A stretch of DNA of 64,000 nt from Octopus sinensis (GCF_006345805.1 NC_042997.1:148800001-148864000), one strand, 5' to 3'. Counted from the first letter of the stretch, positions 1-13,507 are shown. Translations and numbers: made by a program. Notes: generated by a model not told the origin, from the letters alone.

Positions 1-434
1 TTTTTTGCGGTGTAAACGATGGGCAACAACAAATATTCTCCTCCATACCATAGATTTATCTCCTAAAACAATTGAACATGTCCCTTAGTGACTGACAATA
101 TGTGCATCTTATATCACGAGAAGAAATAGTAGGGGAGAATCATATCCATGTGATGCAAGGAATTATTTGGCGTTTTGTTCAACATCCTTAAAGAAATCTT
201 ATATAGGGAGATTTTGAGCGGGATGACCAACTTAACCTAAAAAAAATTCTAACCGGACCCCACCCGCAAGGTCATGTGCCGTTTATCTTGTTATGAAATC
301 ACCATGTCACGTACCTATGGTCGTGATGCATGTGCGTGTTTTACCCTTAGCAGATAGGTAGTCATGATGGGTATACGGGAATCGTATATTTGTATACTAG
401 TGTCACTTTGATAGCATGCGTTTCTTTCTCACTC
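1..434 (+). mobile_element. Degenerate retroelement 3' end with (AAT)n tail, probably a REL-type non-LTR element
   Basis: 250-434 is clearly homologous to 17795-17975 (gcaaggtcatg..tttatcttg..tcatgatgggtatac..gtgtcactttgat.gcatg..ctcactc), and both run straight into (AAT)n. A weak residual translation (IEHVP/DNMCI.YHEKK) is reminiscent of a REL C-terminus. Confidence 0.55.
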
Positions 435-483
435 AATAATAATAATAGTAAAGATAATAATAATGTTAATGATAATAGTAATG

Positions 484-516
<33 letters not shown>

Positions 517-530
517 TTAGTAATAATAAT
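435..530. repeat. Imperfect (AAT)n microsatellite
   Basis: Directly visible. Confidence 0.95.
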
Positions 531-869
531 AAGGGTAAAGGGTAAAGACCCCCTTCTGTCATGAATGACCATGGGATTGCACCTAGAAAGTTACCCTCCT
601 AGACACAAGTCCGGGCAAGGTTGTTTATGGAAGACCAGCAGTCGCCCATGCATACCAGCCTCCCCTCTCCACGCCACCAGTGTTATCCAAGGGAAAGACA
701 AAGGTCGATACAGCTTGGCACCAGTGACGTCGCAACTCATTTCTACAGCTGAGTGAACTGGAGCAACGTGAAATAAACTGCTTTGCTCAAGAACACAACA
801 CGCAGCCCGGCCCGGGATTCGAGCTCACAGCCTCACGATCGTAAGCTCGACGCTCTAACCACTGAGCCA
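531..869 (-). mobile_element. tRNA-derived SINE (family A)
   Basis: Minus strand starts TGGCTCAGTGGTTAGAGCG (A box), then GCTCGAATCCC (B-box-like), a central TGTTCTTGAGCAAAGCAG..CAGCTGTAGAAATGAG domain, and a (CTTTACC)n tail. A related copy lies at 60.7-61.0 kb. Confidence 0.85.
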
Positions 870-871
870 AC

Positions 872-991
<120 letters not shown>

Positions 992-3776
992 ACAAAACAC
1001 GACAAACAAACATACAAATGAGAACGAAAGCGACACAAATCTAAAACCTGGAAACAACGAAGGGGAGCCTAATTATTATGGTAATATAAAAAGTAGAATA
1101 ATCAAAGAACTAAAAACCACAGAGCTCAAAATGAACCACCGACCATCCCTCCCAAAAATCAAAATAGACAAAACAACAACACCAATTATAAACAGCATAA
1201 ACCTAGCCGTCACGGAACTAATAGCCACTGAAACAAAAATCGATATCACTGGGCTAAATGACTTAGTATACGTAGCAGCCACTGCAGCCACAAAAGAAGC
1301 TGGATACTCACTCAAACCCATCCAAACAGGAGTACCACCACCCAAATAAACCCTGTGGATAAGTAATATCCAAAACAAAATACAAAATATGAGAAAAGAT
1401 CTGTCGATTCTTAATGAAATCAGTAGACAATCAACGCTACTGAGCAACAAAAAGAAAACAAAAATACTCCGCAAATACATCACAGAAAAAGATTTACCTG
1501 AGATAAAAGAAAAGCTGAAGCAAGATATCCTTGCCAAAGCACAAAAGATCCGCCGGTAAAACAAACGCCAGCGCTTCTTTGAACAAAAACAAAAAGTTCA
1601 ACTCCAACCCCCAGAAGTTCTACCAAGAACTTGGGAAAAATAAAATAGTAATCAGCGCATCACCAACGGCAGAAGAAGTGGAAGAATTCTGGAGAGAAAT
1701 ATAGTCGGCGAACAAACAACCAAAAAAAAAAGGAGTATTAAAACAAGAAAGTCAGCATCTGAGCAACTTTGGACCCCCATAACAACTGAAGAGGTCACCC
1801 AGGCACTGCAAAGACTAAGCAACTGGAAGGCACCTGGGCATGACAAGATCCCCAACTTCTGGTTGAAATATCTAACAGGAATGCACAAAAAGCTGGCTGA
1901 AAACTTTAACAACATACTAGCAGAGCAAGAGACAATGCCTGAATGGCTCACGAAGGGGAAAACCATCTTAATTCCCAAATCAAATGAGACAGCAAAACCA
2001 GAAGACTACAGACCAATAACCTGTATCCCTACAATGTACAAGGCATTTACTGCAATGATATCGCAAAGGTTGAACAAGCACCTGGACGAAAACAACCTGT
2101 TTCCAGAAGAGCAGAAAGGATGCCGCAAAGGCTCATATGGCTGTAAAGATCAACTAATGATTAATAAAGCCATAACTGAAGACAGCCACAGAAAGATGAA
2201 AGGCCTCAGTATGGCCTGGATCGACTACAAAAAGGCGTTTGATAGCATCCCCCACACATGGATCCTCGAAACACTAGCCATTAACAAAGTAGCACCAACA
2301 ATTATAAAATTCATAGGACACCCTATGAATAAATGGCAAACAGTGCTACTGCTCCAAACAAAAGAAGGACTTATGAAAACCAAAGCCATCCCCATTAGAA
2401 GAGGAATATTCCAGGGAGACACGCCCTCTCCACTTCTTTTCTGTTTGGCACTGTCACCTCTATCTGATATGCTAAATAGAACTGGATGCGGATATAAATG
2501 TTACGGCAAAACGATCAGCCACATTTTATATATGGATGACCTAAAACTATAAGCTGCAAATGACAAACATGTGGAAACACTATTAAAGACAGTTCATGGA
2601 TTTACAGAAAGACTATATATACAACGTATAGAAGGTGGTACAGGCCTTATACAGCTGGAAAACCACTATAAAATAACCACCATAGGACTTCAAAAATATC
2701 TACTTCAGAAGGATGGAAAACTGATACAAATAGCGGCAAAACACGAGCAAAACAAAAAACTGTTCTCAGTATTTAAGGAAATTGACAAATACAAACAAGA
2801 AATCATACCACCTAACGAATATGAAGAAGATGAAGAAACAACAAAGGCTATAAAACAAATGAAATCCAAACTAAAACTAGAACAGCAAAGAACCATGATA
2901 AAACGATGGCAAGAAAAGCCCCTTCATGGTAAATACTGGACTAAACTAAATGCAAAAGAAATAGACAAAGAAATATCCCAGCAATGGTTGAGAAGCTCAG
3001 GACTCAAAGCAGAGACAGAGGGATTCCTAATTGCAGCACAAGACCAAAGCCTCCCCACCAGAAATTACCAAACATATGTAATGAAAAGAAATATAACAAG
3101 TAACTGCAGAATATGTGGAGATGGAAAAAAAAACAATAAATCATACTATCTCTGGCTGCCCAGTCCTGGCTAAGAAGGAATATATTCACAGACATGACAG
3201 AGGTGAAACCCACATACACTGGAAGCCATGCCAACATTATGGAATAACATCAGAAAAAAGATGGTATAGGCACACACCAGAAAAGGTCACAGAAAACGAG
3301 AAAGCAACCATACTCTGAGATATGCCGATACGCACAGATAGAGAAATTAAGTCCAATAGACCAGATATAGTTGTCAGAGATAATGAAGAAAAAAATGCTT
3401 TCTAATTGATGTATCAATACCGGCAGATGACAACGTGCCTCTAAAAGAAATGGAGAAAGTTTCAAAATACAAAGACCTGGAAATGGAGGTAACCAGAATG
3501 TGGAATCTAAAAACAGAAACAATTCCTATCATAGTAGGTGCATTAGGCATGATAAAAAAATATTCAGACAAATACATAACAAAAACACCAGGACTTACAA
3601 ACACATATAACATATAGAAAATTGCACTACTAGGCACTGCAAACATCCTACGCAGAACACTTTCCATACAGTAACCATCAGAGCATCACAACAAATCACA
3701 GCACATACCCAAGGCACACAGAGCTGCGCTCGGTAGTGAAGTGAAAGCACGTTATAAAAATAAAACTACTGAATGA
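992..3776 (+). mobile_element. R4/Dong-like non-LTR retrotransposon (RT + CCHC knuckle + REL endonuclease); 5'-truncated, disrupted
   Basis: RT motifs YRPITC, EQKGCRKG, AWIDYKKAFDSIPH, RRGIFQGDTPSP and YMDDLKL (1863-2552). Also AAQDQSLPT, CRIC..H..SGC..Y..RHD, RPDIVV..LIDVSIP..EKVSKYKDL and PIIVGALG. Premature stops at about 1347, 2550, 3316 and 3615, plus frameshifts. Flanked by TAA-type repeats. Confidence 0.93.
1863..2552 (+). pseudogene. Reverse transcriptase domain of the Dong/R4-like element
   Basis: ORF track, 229 aa, with the RT motifs up to YMDD; truncated by TAA immediately after YMDDLKL. Confidence 0.92.
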
Positions 3777-3789
3777 TACTAATAATAAT

Positions 3790-4855
3790 AACTGAACTAA
3801 ACTCTAAAAGTTGCATCGAAGCCATTAACACCCTGGCAATTCCGTAGTCCAATATAGTTTTTAAATCAGGAACTGGAATGTCACAGATCTCCAAATCCTA
3901 GACAGGAATACAAGAAAAATACTACTTGCTAAGAACATGCACCACCGAAAACCAGATGCTGATTGTCTGTACCTACCTAGAAGTAATGAAGGAAGAAGAT
4001 TGATGCAGGTAAAACTGTTCTATAAGACCTCCACAACAGCATTGAACAGGTACTTATCTAGTATAGAGGACTGTACGCTGCGACTTGTGTGGAAACACGA
4101 AAGCAGCAACAAATCTCTTTCTATTGTAAAGGTTGCTTGCACATTTGCAAGGGAATTTGGCAATAATTCTGAAATATGTGAAGTACCTGAAACACTGTCA
4201 CAAGCATAATGGATCAAGCAGACTGCAAAAAAGAACGGACACAAACAAATTGAGGAGCGGTGGAACCAGACGACTCTGCATGGACAGTATATACTTTGAA
4301 GTCGAGATGCCGATGTAGATCAAGCACCAACCTATCAGTGGTTGAGAAGTTTAGGACTGAAAGCAGACACTGAAGTTTTCATATTGGTGGCACCAGATCA
4401 AATCTTGCTCACAAAAACTACCAGTCTAACATTCTTCAAAACGGTTCTGACCCTAAATGCAGACTCTCCGAAACATTTGACGAAAACATAGAGCATCTCA
4501 TCTCGGGATGTCCTTGTGCTGACACTAAGCAAATACAAATATGGTCACTGTAGAGTAGGACAGTATTCATATTGGAAAATATGCACACACTACAAAATCA
4601 GCGCCATCCTGAGCCAGTCGCTGAAAGTAAAATATCACAATCCTCTGGGATTTTCCAGTCAACATCGACAGAACGATCCATGCTAATCGACCAAGCACAA
4701 TTGTTAAAAACAGGGAAGAAAACACTTGTAGACGGATGGATATAAGTGTTCTCATTGATAAAATTGTATCAGTCAAGGAATTTGACAGACTAAGTAAATA
4801 TAAGGACCTGGAAATTGAAATACAAAAGATAGGGCATCTTAAAACGAGAACTGGC
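3790..4855 (+). mobile_element. Second, older R4/Dong-like fragment (post-RT region to REL)
   Basis: AINTLAIP, MHHRKPDADCLYLPRSNEGRRL, WLRSLGLKADTE, EHLISGC, ILWDFPVNIDRTIHANRP, SKYKDLEIEI; many frameshifts. Confidence 0.85.
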
Positions 4856-5566
4856 TTTAATTGTTTATTTGCATCATTATCGCCATAAATGCTCAGCTAG
4901 ATTATTCTCTTAGCTAGTCTTTAGTCCGCTGACTTAGCCATTTTGGAGTGTAACATGAAATAATTTGAGAGCTACCAAGTGTTTTCTCAATTGAGCATCT
5001 CGGGATCTCATCTGTTGACTCTATTTACATCTGTACAGACGCGCACACACACACGCAGACACACAAATAGACACAAATATATGCATGGATAAAGTAAGAA
5101 AGAAATAATGTTAGATGTAGGGACGAATAATTATATATCCAGTTGTACCTGGTTTGGTTCTGGGATTATATATTAGCATCTCGTAGTTAATTTATTTTCT
5201 ATCTCTCGAAAATTCTTTTATAACTTAAATAAATTGTTTCCGCCGGGTACCTTTCTGGTTAAAGTACTGTAGTGCTTGTCAGCCATCTCCATTTTATTAT
5301 TGCTATGTAAACAACTTGAAATCCTTGAAATAGGCGTTCACATATGGTTATCTTCTATACTAAGTCGTCCTTGTACAACCTCTTACACACCACAGACCTG
5401 TTCCCTAATATGCTTAGAATAGCAGAAATCGCGACTATCATTCATTGGCAGGATGATAAAAATCTCTACTTGCATTTGATAAGGACACAAGTGTTATGTC
5501 TATAAAGAATACAGTCTAGCACTCAATATACGAAACTTGAGACTAGCAAAATTCTACTCAGGAAGA

Positions 5567-5770
5567 AATCTCACAATTAAAATCATCTTTACTTTCAAGT
5601 GTTTACATATTAATATTGATATCGCATGAGTCATTTTTTTATTCGACATCAATGACTATATGACATCAATTAATTAAATATTTAAAAGGCATTGTTTTGA
5701 ACAAGGATTCGATCCTCAGAAGTCCAGCTAGATAATATTATACAGAATAGTCTTGAATTTTTTAGTAACA
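5567..5770 (+). repeat. ~200-bp segment duplicated at 12832-13039
   Basis: Colinear, roughly 80% identical by eye (caattaaaatcatcttta..attaatattgatat..gcattgttttgaacaagga..ttttttagtaacat). Confidence 0.85.
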
Positions 5771-6789
5771 TGTATATCTAATTAACTGCACACATCCTGC
5801 GAGAGTCATACCGCTATGATAAAGCACGAAACAGAATGAACTACTAAATATACATGTATCACGGACGGTACAAAAGCTTGTGTATAATAGCGTAATAATA
5901 AATTGTTACGGATCTCTACCAAATTATCCGGTAACGTGTCTAAATTACAACGCATATTAGATATTTTATTAATTTAAATAGTATTTTTATCGATAATAAA
6001 CACAAGAGCCCGAACTGTGTTTATGACATGCGTAGCGGAGTTAAAAGTAATAGTTACTCTCAGAACTAAAGCTTGTTTTGAATATATTCAAGAACGTTAT
6101 TACTAATAAAGGAGCCAAAAAGTGAAGCAGTTGCGTGTAAAGAGCGTCCAATAAACCAAAACATCTCAACTTCAGGATGAATATTGCATTTTTACATCAT
6201 TTTTTTTTATATCCTGCCTGTCGTTTCATCGATAAAGCAATTCCCCTCACCTGCATCTAAAGAAATCTGTCAGAAGTAAACTTACATTCTCAAAAAATTA
6301 TATTCACTCTATCAAGCCAGTAGGTGAATATACAATACTCTAACGTGAAGCAAGCTACACAAATTCCGAAACATTTTCATAAATTTAACACACTGACAAT
6401 TTTCTACTCAACCGTCGCATGAAGGTAATTTTCTTGAACTTAGAGTATAATGAATATTCTAATCATTTCATCTCAGAGCTACAATACATAAAGTGATTAA
6501 AAATAATATTTCATACTGAATATGAAAGCAAGGAGATGGGAGGGAGGCCTCGCAAATCTATGTTGCATTATATTACATGATAATGTATACACTATATACT
6601 ATATCAATGCTCTAATTAAAGCAATGTACATTAAATAATTTCCAAATCTACTCTTAATCCAGTGCCTTGGAGAACTGAGGTGACGAGAAAAAAACAATAA
6701 ATGCCTACCTACCTACCAGTCTACCTGTCTACCTACCTACCTACCTACATACATACAGACAGACAGACAAACATACATACATGATAGAT

Positions 6790-6960
6790 CGCTAGCCACT
6801 ACACATTATTTATTTTCACTCCTTCTTTCTCTCTGTGTTCCTTTCTGTGGAAGAGCGTACGCTCGAAACATTAAAGACTTTCACTTCCCGAGCGTTAAAT
6901 TAATACATCTGTTTGTTGTCTATACCACATGTCTTCGTCTTTTGTTTTTTTGTGAATTAT
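6790..6960 (+). mobile_element. Short repeat (Penelope-type terminus) with hammerhead-like motif; second copy at ~41985-42115
   Basis: Shared gaaga.cgta.gctcgaaaca.aaagactt..cttcccgagcgt.aaa.taata; embedded in ATAC/CA microsatellites. Confidence 0.6.
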
Positions 6961-6963
6961 CCG

Positions 6964-7066
6964 TACATACATACATACATACATACATACATACATACAT
7001 ACATACATACATACATACATACATACATACATACATACATACATACATACATACATACATACATAC
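6964..7066. repeat. (ACAT)n microsatellite
   Basis: Directly visible. Confidence 0.97.
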
Positions 7067-7482
7067 CTATATATGTAGCGGTTAGTGAAGTTGTGGTTTT
7101 AATGTAATAATATCTATGGTGGTGGTGGTACTGGTGGTGTTTGAAATACTTGTATACGGTACCATCGCACGATTGAAAAGTTAATATATATGTAGTAATA
7201 AGTATAAAAATCCTTGGGTGGAATCTATAAATATTTTAATTCATCGCTACGCACGATTTCGCAAGTCATACGTTTCTTAACACTCCAATACGTATAGTTA
7301 CCCCACATTATATTGGAACAACCCGGTGTGACATCCTCCCCAAAGAGAAGGTATCGCCCGTTGGCATCAGAATGCTGCAGTCGGCATGATAGCATGGAAG
7401 CTTTTATATGCATATTCTAAACCTTTCCCTTAAACGAAATTAAAAGATATGTGTGTGTGTACGTGTGTGTGTGTGTGTGTGT

Positions 7483-7503
7483 TTACGTGTGTGTGTGTGT
7501 GTG

Positions 7504-7550
<47 letters not shown>

Positions 7551-7962
7551 AATTACGGTAAATGCGGAGATTAATACATCTGCATATTTTTATCGTTATA
7601 CTGTCATTTGTATTAGCATTAAGCGTTGGTCTAACTTTCAATGGCCAATTCCTTTTAGTAATGAGTTTGCCCTCGAAGTTATTATCATCCTTTGCATTAG
7701 CAGCGATCGATATATTCCTATTTCTAAGGGTGATCTTTTTACCGATGTCTGACCTAATATTGTTTAGGTTAGTATTTATTTTAAGAGATTTAACATCATT
7801 TACTTTATTATTATTGCTTAAATTAACTAATTTGTGGCTAATTCCATTATTGCGATCATTTCCGTTATTTCGGGCACTGTCTTCAGATATCGTTGTGTGC
7901 CATTCTATTACTATTCTCTGTGACAGTAACTTTTTACGTTCCTCAGCGTTTGGTTCGCAGAA
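7483..7962 (-). other. Candidate coding exon: Asn/Lys-rich open frame with no ATG
   Basis: Stop-free frame FCEPNAEERKKLLSQRIVIEWHTTISEDSARNNGNDRNNG..KRNWPLKVRP.. preceded by AG with only a weak pyrimidine tract; no recognisable homology. Confidence 0.3.
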
Positions 7963-9353
7963 CTATATACTAATTCATCGCTATAATCCGCTTAAAGGAC
8001 ATATTAAAGGTCTAGTATTTACATTTAGAACTTAAAACTTATATCGGCTTGAGGTCAAAGATATAGTCGTTTTTAAAGCCATATCAAGTTACTAAATCTC
8101 TCCCTCACACTTGTTTCTCTCAAAACCAATAATAACCTGGCAAAATAACGTTAACCAAATATACATAAAATTAGTTCGCTTTGGACCACAAGAGTGGACA
8201 GACCTTCAATAAAGTTACGCAGAATGCTAAGCAGTAGACAAACAAATATTTGATGAAGACAGAATTTCTTGTTTTCTATACAGCAGAAAGGTACATCGGA
8301 CACATTTAAACCAAATATGTTGTAAAATTCATAGCAGAAGAAATATAATATACAGATGAATCTCTGTATCCATTGTAATTGTCTTGGATATATATCAATT
8401 GAATACAGGTAAACCAACAAAGCGAATCCAGGGTTTATCCATCGTATGCAATTAGCCTGTACCCGTATTACAACCAAGTGTTAGTATGGTACCCGACTGG
8501 ATAATTTATCCCTAACTACTAATTACATATATATAAATACACACACACACACACACACGCACACCCATATGAGAGATTGCACGTGTGTGCTTCTTCATAT
8601 AACTGTCCGTTTTTATAGATAAACATATATTGATAAAAACTGGTCTGTGTTGGCAATATATTTGTTATTATATTATTATAAATACTTCAAGGTTTCTATA
8701 TAATGATTATTATAATTATGTAGAATTTAGGTGCAGTGAAATATGTTTGAGAAATAGGAAATTAATTCCAAAAGGGTGAAATTGAATTATAAGATGCAAT
8801 TACTGTCTAGTCCAGATATATCATTTATCATACATACATAGATAAACATACATATATTTCTATGTTTCATGTAAGATTTAAGAGAAATATGTACGTAAAA
8901 CTAAGAAATTAATTTTCAGAATCCGACAGTTAATTTAAAGGAGAGTTTTAATTTAATGTGTCAACAACTATTTCAGTTCATTGCTTATTAATCGAGTTGT
9001 TTTAATTTACAAGTCTTTTACATTGTGAAATGCATGTCAACGATATTATATTTATAAACTGATGATTGTCGCACGCTAAGTTACTTATATTTAATCACCT
9101 TGCCCTCAGTTGGATGTAATTATCATCACAATGCGTACAAAGCAAAGTGATAACTATGAACGTATTGTACGCACACACACATATATGTGAAGAGCTGCTG
9201 GCAAATGATGCCTTCATATATTGTCATTGATTTTACAAAGAACAGTATGGAATTTCCTCTACATTAACAGAAGTATTTCATCGACATATTTCGCCTGCAC
9301 AAATAAATTTCTGTTACTTTTCCTATCATGCATCAACGTGTTAAACAATATTA

Positions 9354-9426
<73 letters not shown>

Positions 9427-10775
9427 GAAGACCTACACCTACTCACGAACTGTCGTCGATATGGCTATTCGTTTTACAAGAAACTTCTGATGTTTCCTGT
9501 TAAACATTGTAAGTTACCGATATATTTCTCTTTAGCTAAATTGCTATAGCGCATCACATCGTACATTTCCATCTTTGAAAAGGACCCCTGTAATTATAAA
9601 TACTCGTACTGAATTAAGTCGATATTCAGCAAACGATAGATTTGAGTGATTTATAGAAATCTCTCTCTATCTCTCTCTGTACATATATGTATATCAATCG
9701 AAATGGGGTTCGTTACTTTCCCAGAGAAGATAGTCCTACTCTTGTCCTTGTACAGAAAAGTCGAACCACTAAAAGAGATGTATAACTTAGCAGAAGGATG
9801 AGGTTTTCTTTTAGAAAGGAGTTTCCTGAAAACTTAGTTATATAAGCTCCTTCACTTGTGTGCTCTCATTGATTTTGGAACCAAAACATGTGAAGTGTGA
9901 TCCCAACATCATTAAATGATGATATCTAAGTTTGTGACCGTTAATTATCAAGACCATAACAAAAGAAATCTCAGGGTGTCTGCGATTTGTCATATCTAAT
10001 GTTATTGGAGGGCTGCAGCCAGGACCAGTACATGGGCCAGTTCTCTTCTTTTATATATCATCACTTTGATTATATCAGCTGGAAAATGGAAACAACTCAG
10101 TTATAGTGTTATAATCCTTTATTTTTACTTCAAAATAATAAATCTGTCGCTGTATGATCAAGTTTTGCGCTCTGTCACTCTTCCTATGATAGCTATGCAT
10201 AGCACCTGCTTAAATAAGTTATTCGTCATCTACTATCCATCGATATAAATATCAGAAGAGAAGATGAGAAAGAACTGGACCATAGAATAGCATGTAGAGG
10301 TGTATTAAAGGAAGTTAAGAGCTTAAACAACATTTCATTCGAAACTTGTATGCTAATTACAGATCTGTATTTATAGACCTTTTACCCCTACTATTCACTG
10401 TAAATATATGGACAAATGGAACAATAGAAGAATTTCTATAGGAAGAAATAAAACAAAAACACAACCGCCGATTTCAATTCTTCGTCGCATACTTCCTCAC
10501 GTTTATATATTCTTTACTAGTTTAACTGAAAAATGAGAGTCTAAATCATTCTAAAACTGAATCTGTATAACAGCATTTTATTCAAAATATTAAAACATAC
10601 TGTTCATACATATGAAAGACAAATCCACTGTTTCTGGTTGAGACTGTCAAAGTCATTATAAAATGAGTTGGAAAAAAAAATACATAAGTGGGTACCCACG
10701 TCTCTCATAAAGTTAGAATAACGTCCTAAAAATAACATCCGATTAATGAGATCGTAAGGACCTGATAACATTCTG

Positions 10776-11207
10776 GGATCTTTTCGGTTAGAACAGCAGT
10801 CTTTTAAAATAATTTTCACGTAACTGAACACTTTTAAACTTCGTATACTGGTAGAATGTGTTTATAAAACGGCTTTTTCTCTTGGCTTAATTGAGAAAAT
10901 TCTATAGTCTGTAAGATATTTGTTGGGTTTTTTCTTCAATTTCTGCAATTTCAACCAATCAATGACGTCTATTGAGGTGAAAACATTCTGTGCCGTATGA
11001 ATATGTCCCTCGTTTAAGAAACAGATTGGGTTTATTTACATTTCTAAAGAAAAAAAGATACCCTTACCCCACCCCTAACCCTAACCTTAACTAACCCTAA
11101 CCCTAAAACAGATTGAAATGCAATAGATCGATACTAGGGTTATAATTATGGGTGACTATTTCATATGACACCGCTAGAATAAACTGCCGTTCAAACCGAA
11201 AAGGTCC
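10776..11207. mobile_element. Non-autonomous DNA transposon (MITE), Merlin-like termini
   Basis: 25-bp TIRs GGATCTTTTCGGTTAGAACAGCAGT / ACTGCCGTTCAAACCGAAAAGGTCC; perfect 8-bp TSD ACATTCTG at 10768-10775 and 11208-11215. Confidence 0.88.
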
Positions 11208-12451
11208 ACATTCTGATATGCATGGTTGATGCCAATCTACAAATTAGAATTGGCTTATTTATCATCCTAATGCGCAAATATGTGTATATAGAATTAGTCT
11301 CAAAATCTATCGAACACATTCCAAAATATGTCACTAATATAATACAATCAGTAATTCATGATTTTCATTTCTCATAATCTATCAACTGACATAATGGCTA
11401 TATATCAATTCTCAAACACTTAAAGAACACGTTTCATTTACACGAAAGCTTTTATCATATTTTCTCATAATACACTGTATCTAATTTAGGTTTCAAGTTT
11501 ACCAACGGTGTTGGGAGATATTTAGTTGTTACCCATCGATCTTAACTGATAGTATAATTAATTTATTTTGAAATAATTAAGAACAGAATTGGCCTCGGCA
11601 GTATTTGAACTCTAAACATGAAGAGTCAAAGAAAATAGACCAAAACAATTTGCCAAGAAAATAAATACATTTATCTCACCAGTGCAATAACCTCTGTTAC
11701 GACTATTTGTGATAAATGCTAAAAAAAGTGTCAATCGGTAACTAAATAACAAAAGGTGAGACTATTTCAAATAATAAATCACGATAATTTCATTGAAATA
11801 CTCCCAAATACTTAATGTATTAGAAAGTTTCAATTCAATACTACAAATTTAAGAATTCACTGTGTTTCGCTCTTGCTACAATTAAGAAATGCTTAAAGAG
11901 AAAGTAAATTTAAAGAGGAAGTCGAACCCAGCTTCATTACCTTGTTTTGAATATAATAACATTTACGTCCTCATCACCCGCCGCACATTTGGCGATAGAA
12001 TTATTAGGCTTTCTCTACTGCTGGTAAAGCACTGCAGATGATAAGCAATGAAATAATGCTCCCTGATCCAGATCAGAGCGAGTATACACGACGATCCAAG
12101 ATATACAATTATTTTATTATTTTAAACGATTCATTAATTCGAACCTCCACCAGGCTGAAACACTGACCTGAAAATTTTAGTTTTGAAAACTAATCAGATC
12201 AATCAGATCAACCTCAGACGTAGAAACTTTATTGTCACATACTTTTTTTTCTCGGTAGAGTGCTAATATACAGCGATACAAAGATGCTCACACCGGTTGT
12301 CGAGCAGTTACCAGTAATTATAATTTCATGTTCTTTTTATCCTCCTCCTCTCTTCTCTCGTTTACACGCTCCCACACACTCAAACACGAACACACTCACA
12401 CATACACGAGCACGCACACACTCATGCACATATATGTGTATATCTTCTATT

Positions 12452-12676
12452 GATATTGTCCACAAGGGGATAAACACAGTGGGGACAAACGAGGACAGAC
12501 AAAGGGGTTAAGTCGATTACATCGACCTACTGCGTAACTGGTACTTAATTTATCGACACCGAAAGGATGAAAGGCAAAGGCGACCTCGGCGGAATTTGAA
12601 CTCAGAACATAACAGCAAACGAAATAACGCTAAGCATTTCGCCAGGCGTGCTAACGTTTCTGCCAGCTCGCCGCCT
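12452..12676 (-). mobile_element. SINE family B (GGCGGCGAGCTGGCAGAAACG head)
   Basis: Matches 52553-52757; B-box-like GAGTTCAAATTCC. Confidence 0.88.
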
Positions 12677-12693
12677 TTATGTATGTGTATATC

Positions 12694-12731
<38 letters not shown>

Positions 12732-12831
12732 CGCGTCAAATTGGCTTATCCGCAATTTGCAACTACTTACAAGACAATAAAAACCTGAATATAGAAGCGT
12801 TCACGATTTTACAGTAAACACTCTTCATATC

Positions 12832-13039
12832 TAAATCGCAATTAAAATCATCTTTACGTTCGAGTGTTTGCATATTAATATTGATATTGCATAAGTCGTT
12901 TTTTGTATTCGACATCATGGAATATATGATATAAATTAGTTAAATATGTAAAATGCATTGTTTTGAACAAGGAGTCAATCCTACAGATGTCCAGCCATAT
13001 CATATTATACAAAATAGTCTTTAATTTTTTAGTAACATT
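12832..13039 (+). repeat. Copy of 5567-5770
   Basis: See 5567-5770. Confidence 0.85.
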
Positions 13040-13507
13040 TTGGGTCGAACCTGAGAAGTGCGAATATTACTTTAAAGATATCTTCTTCAGAATATACTGT
13101 GTATATGTTCCAAATTACAAAGCTGTCTTTACTATTCCCTATAGAATATAATATAGTTTCCAGATAACATTATCTAATATAATTATATAATTTAATTTCT
13201 ATCTATTATTCGAATAGCCGTAGTAGATAGGAGCAATTTAATTTTGACAGAATAATAAACCGAAATTTCAATATGTTGTATGTAATATAACTTCAATTAT
13301 GTTCCACAAGATTTATCCTTGATATGTAAAGTATAAATGATTTGCTAGAATGTGATACACAGACACATAATATAAGTAAGGTGATTTTGTTCTGTCATTT
13401 TGTATTTATAATTCCCTTAATATACAATATTATTATTTACGCTCAGTTCGATAAAAGTTTTCACTGCTGCTTTCTTTAGACACCTCTGCATAAATATATA
13501 TATATCA

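Noticed and set aside
790-869. tRNA-like sequence
   Set aside because: It is the head of a SINE: it lacks a proper acceptor stem and continues into the SINE body and tail
11073-11106. (CCCTAA)n as a telomere or chromosome-fusion scar
   Set aside because: Short, and located inside a TIR/TSD-bounded MITE
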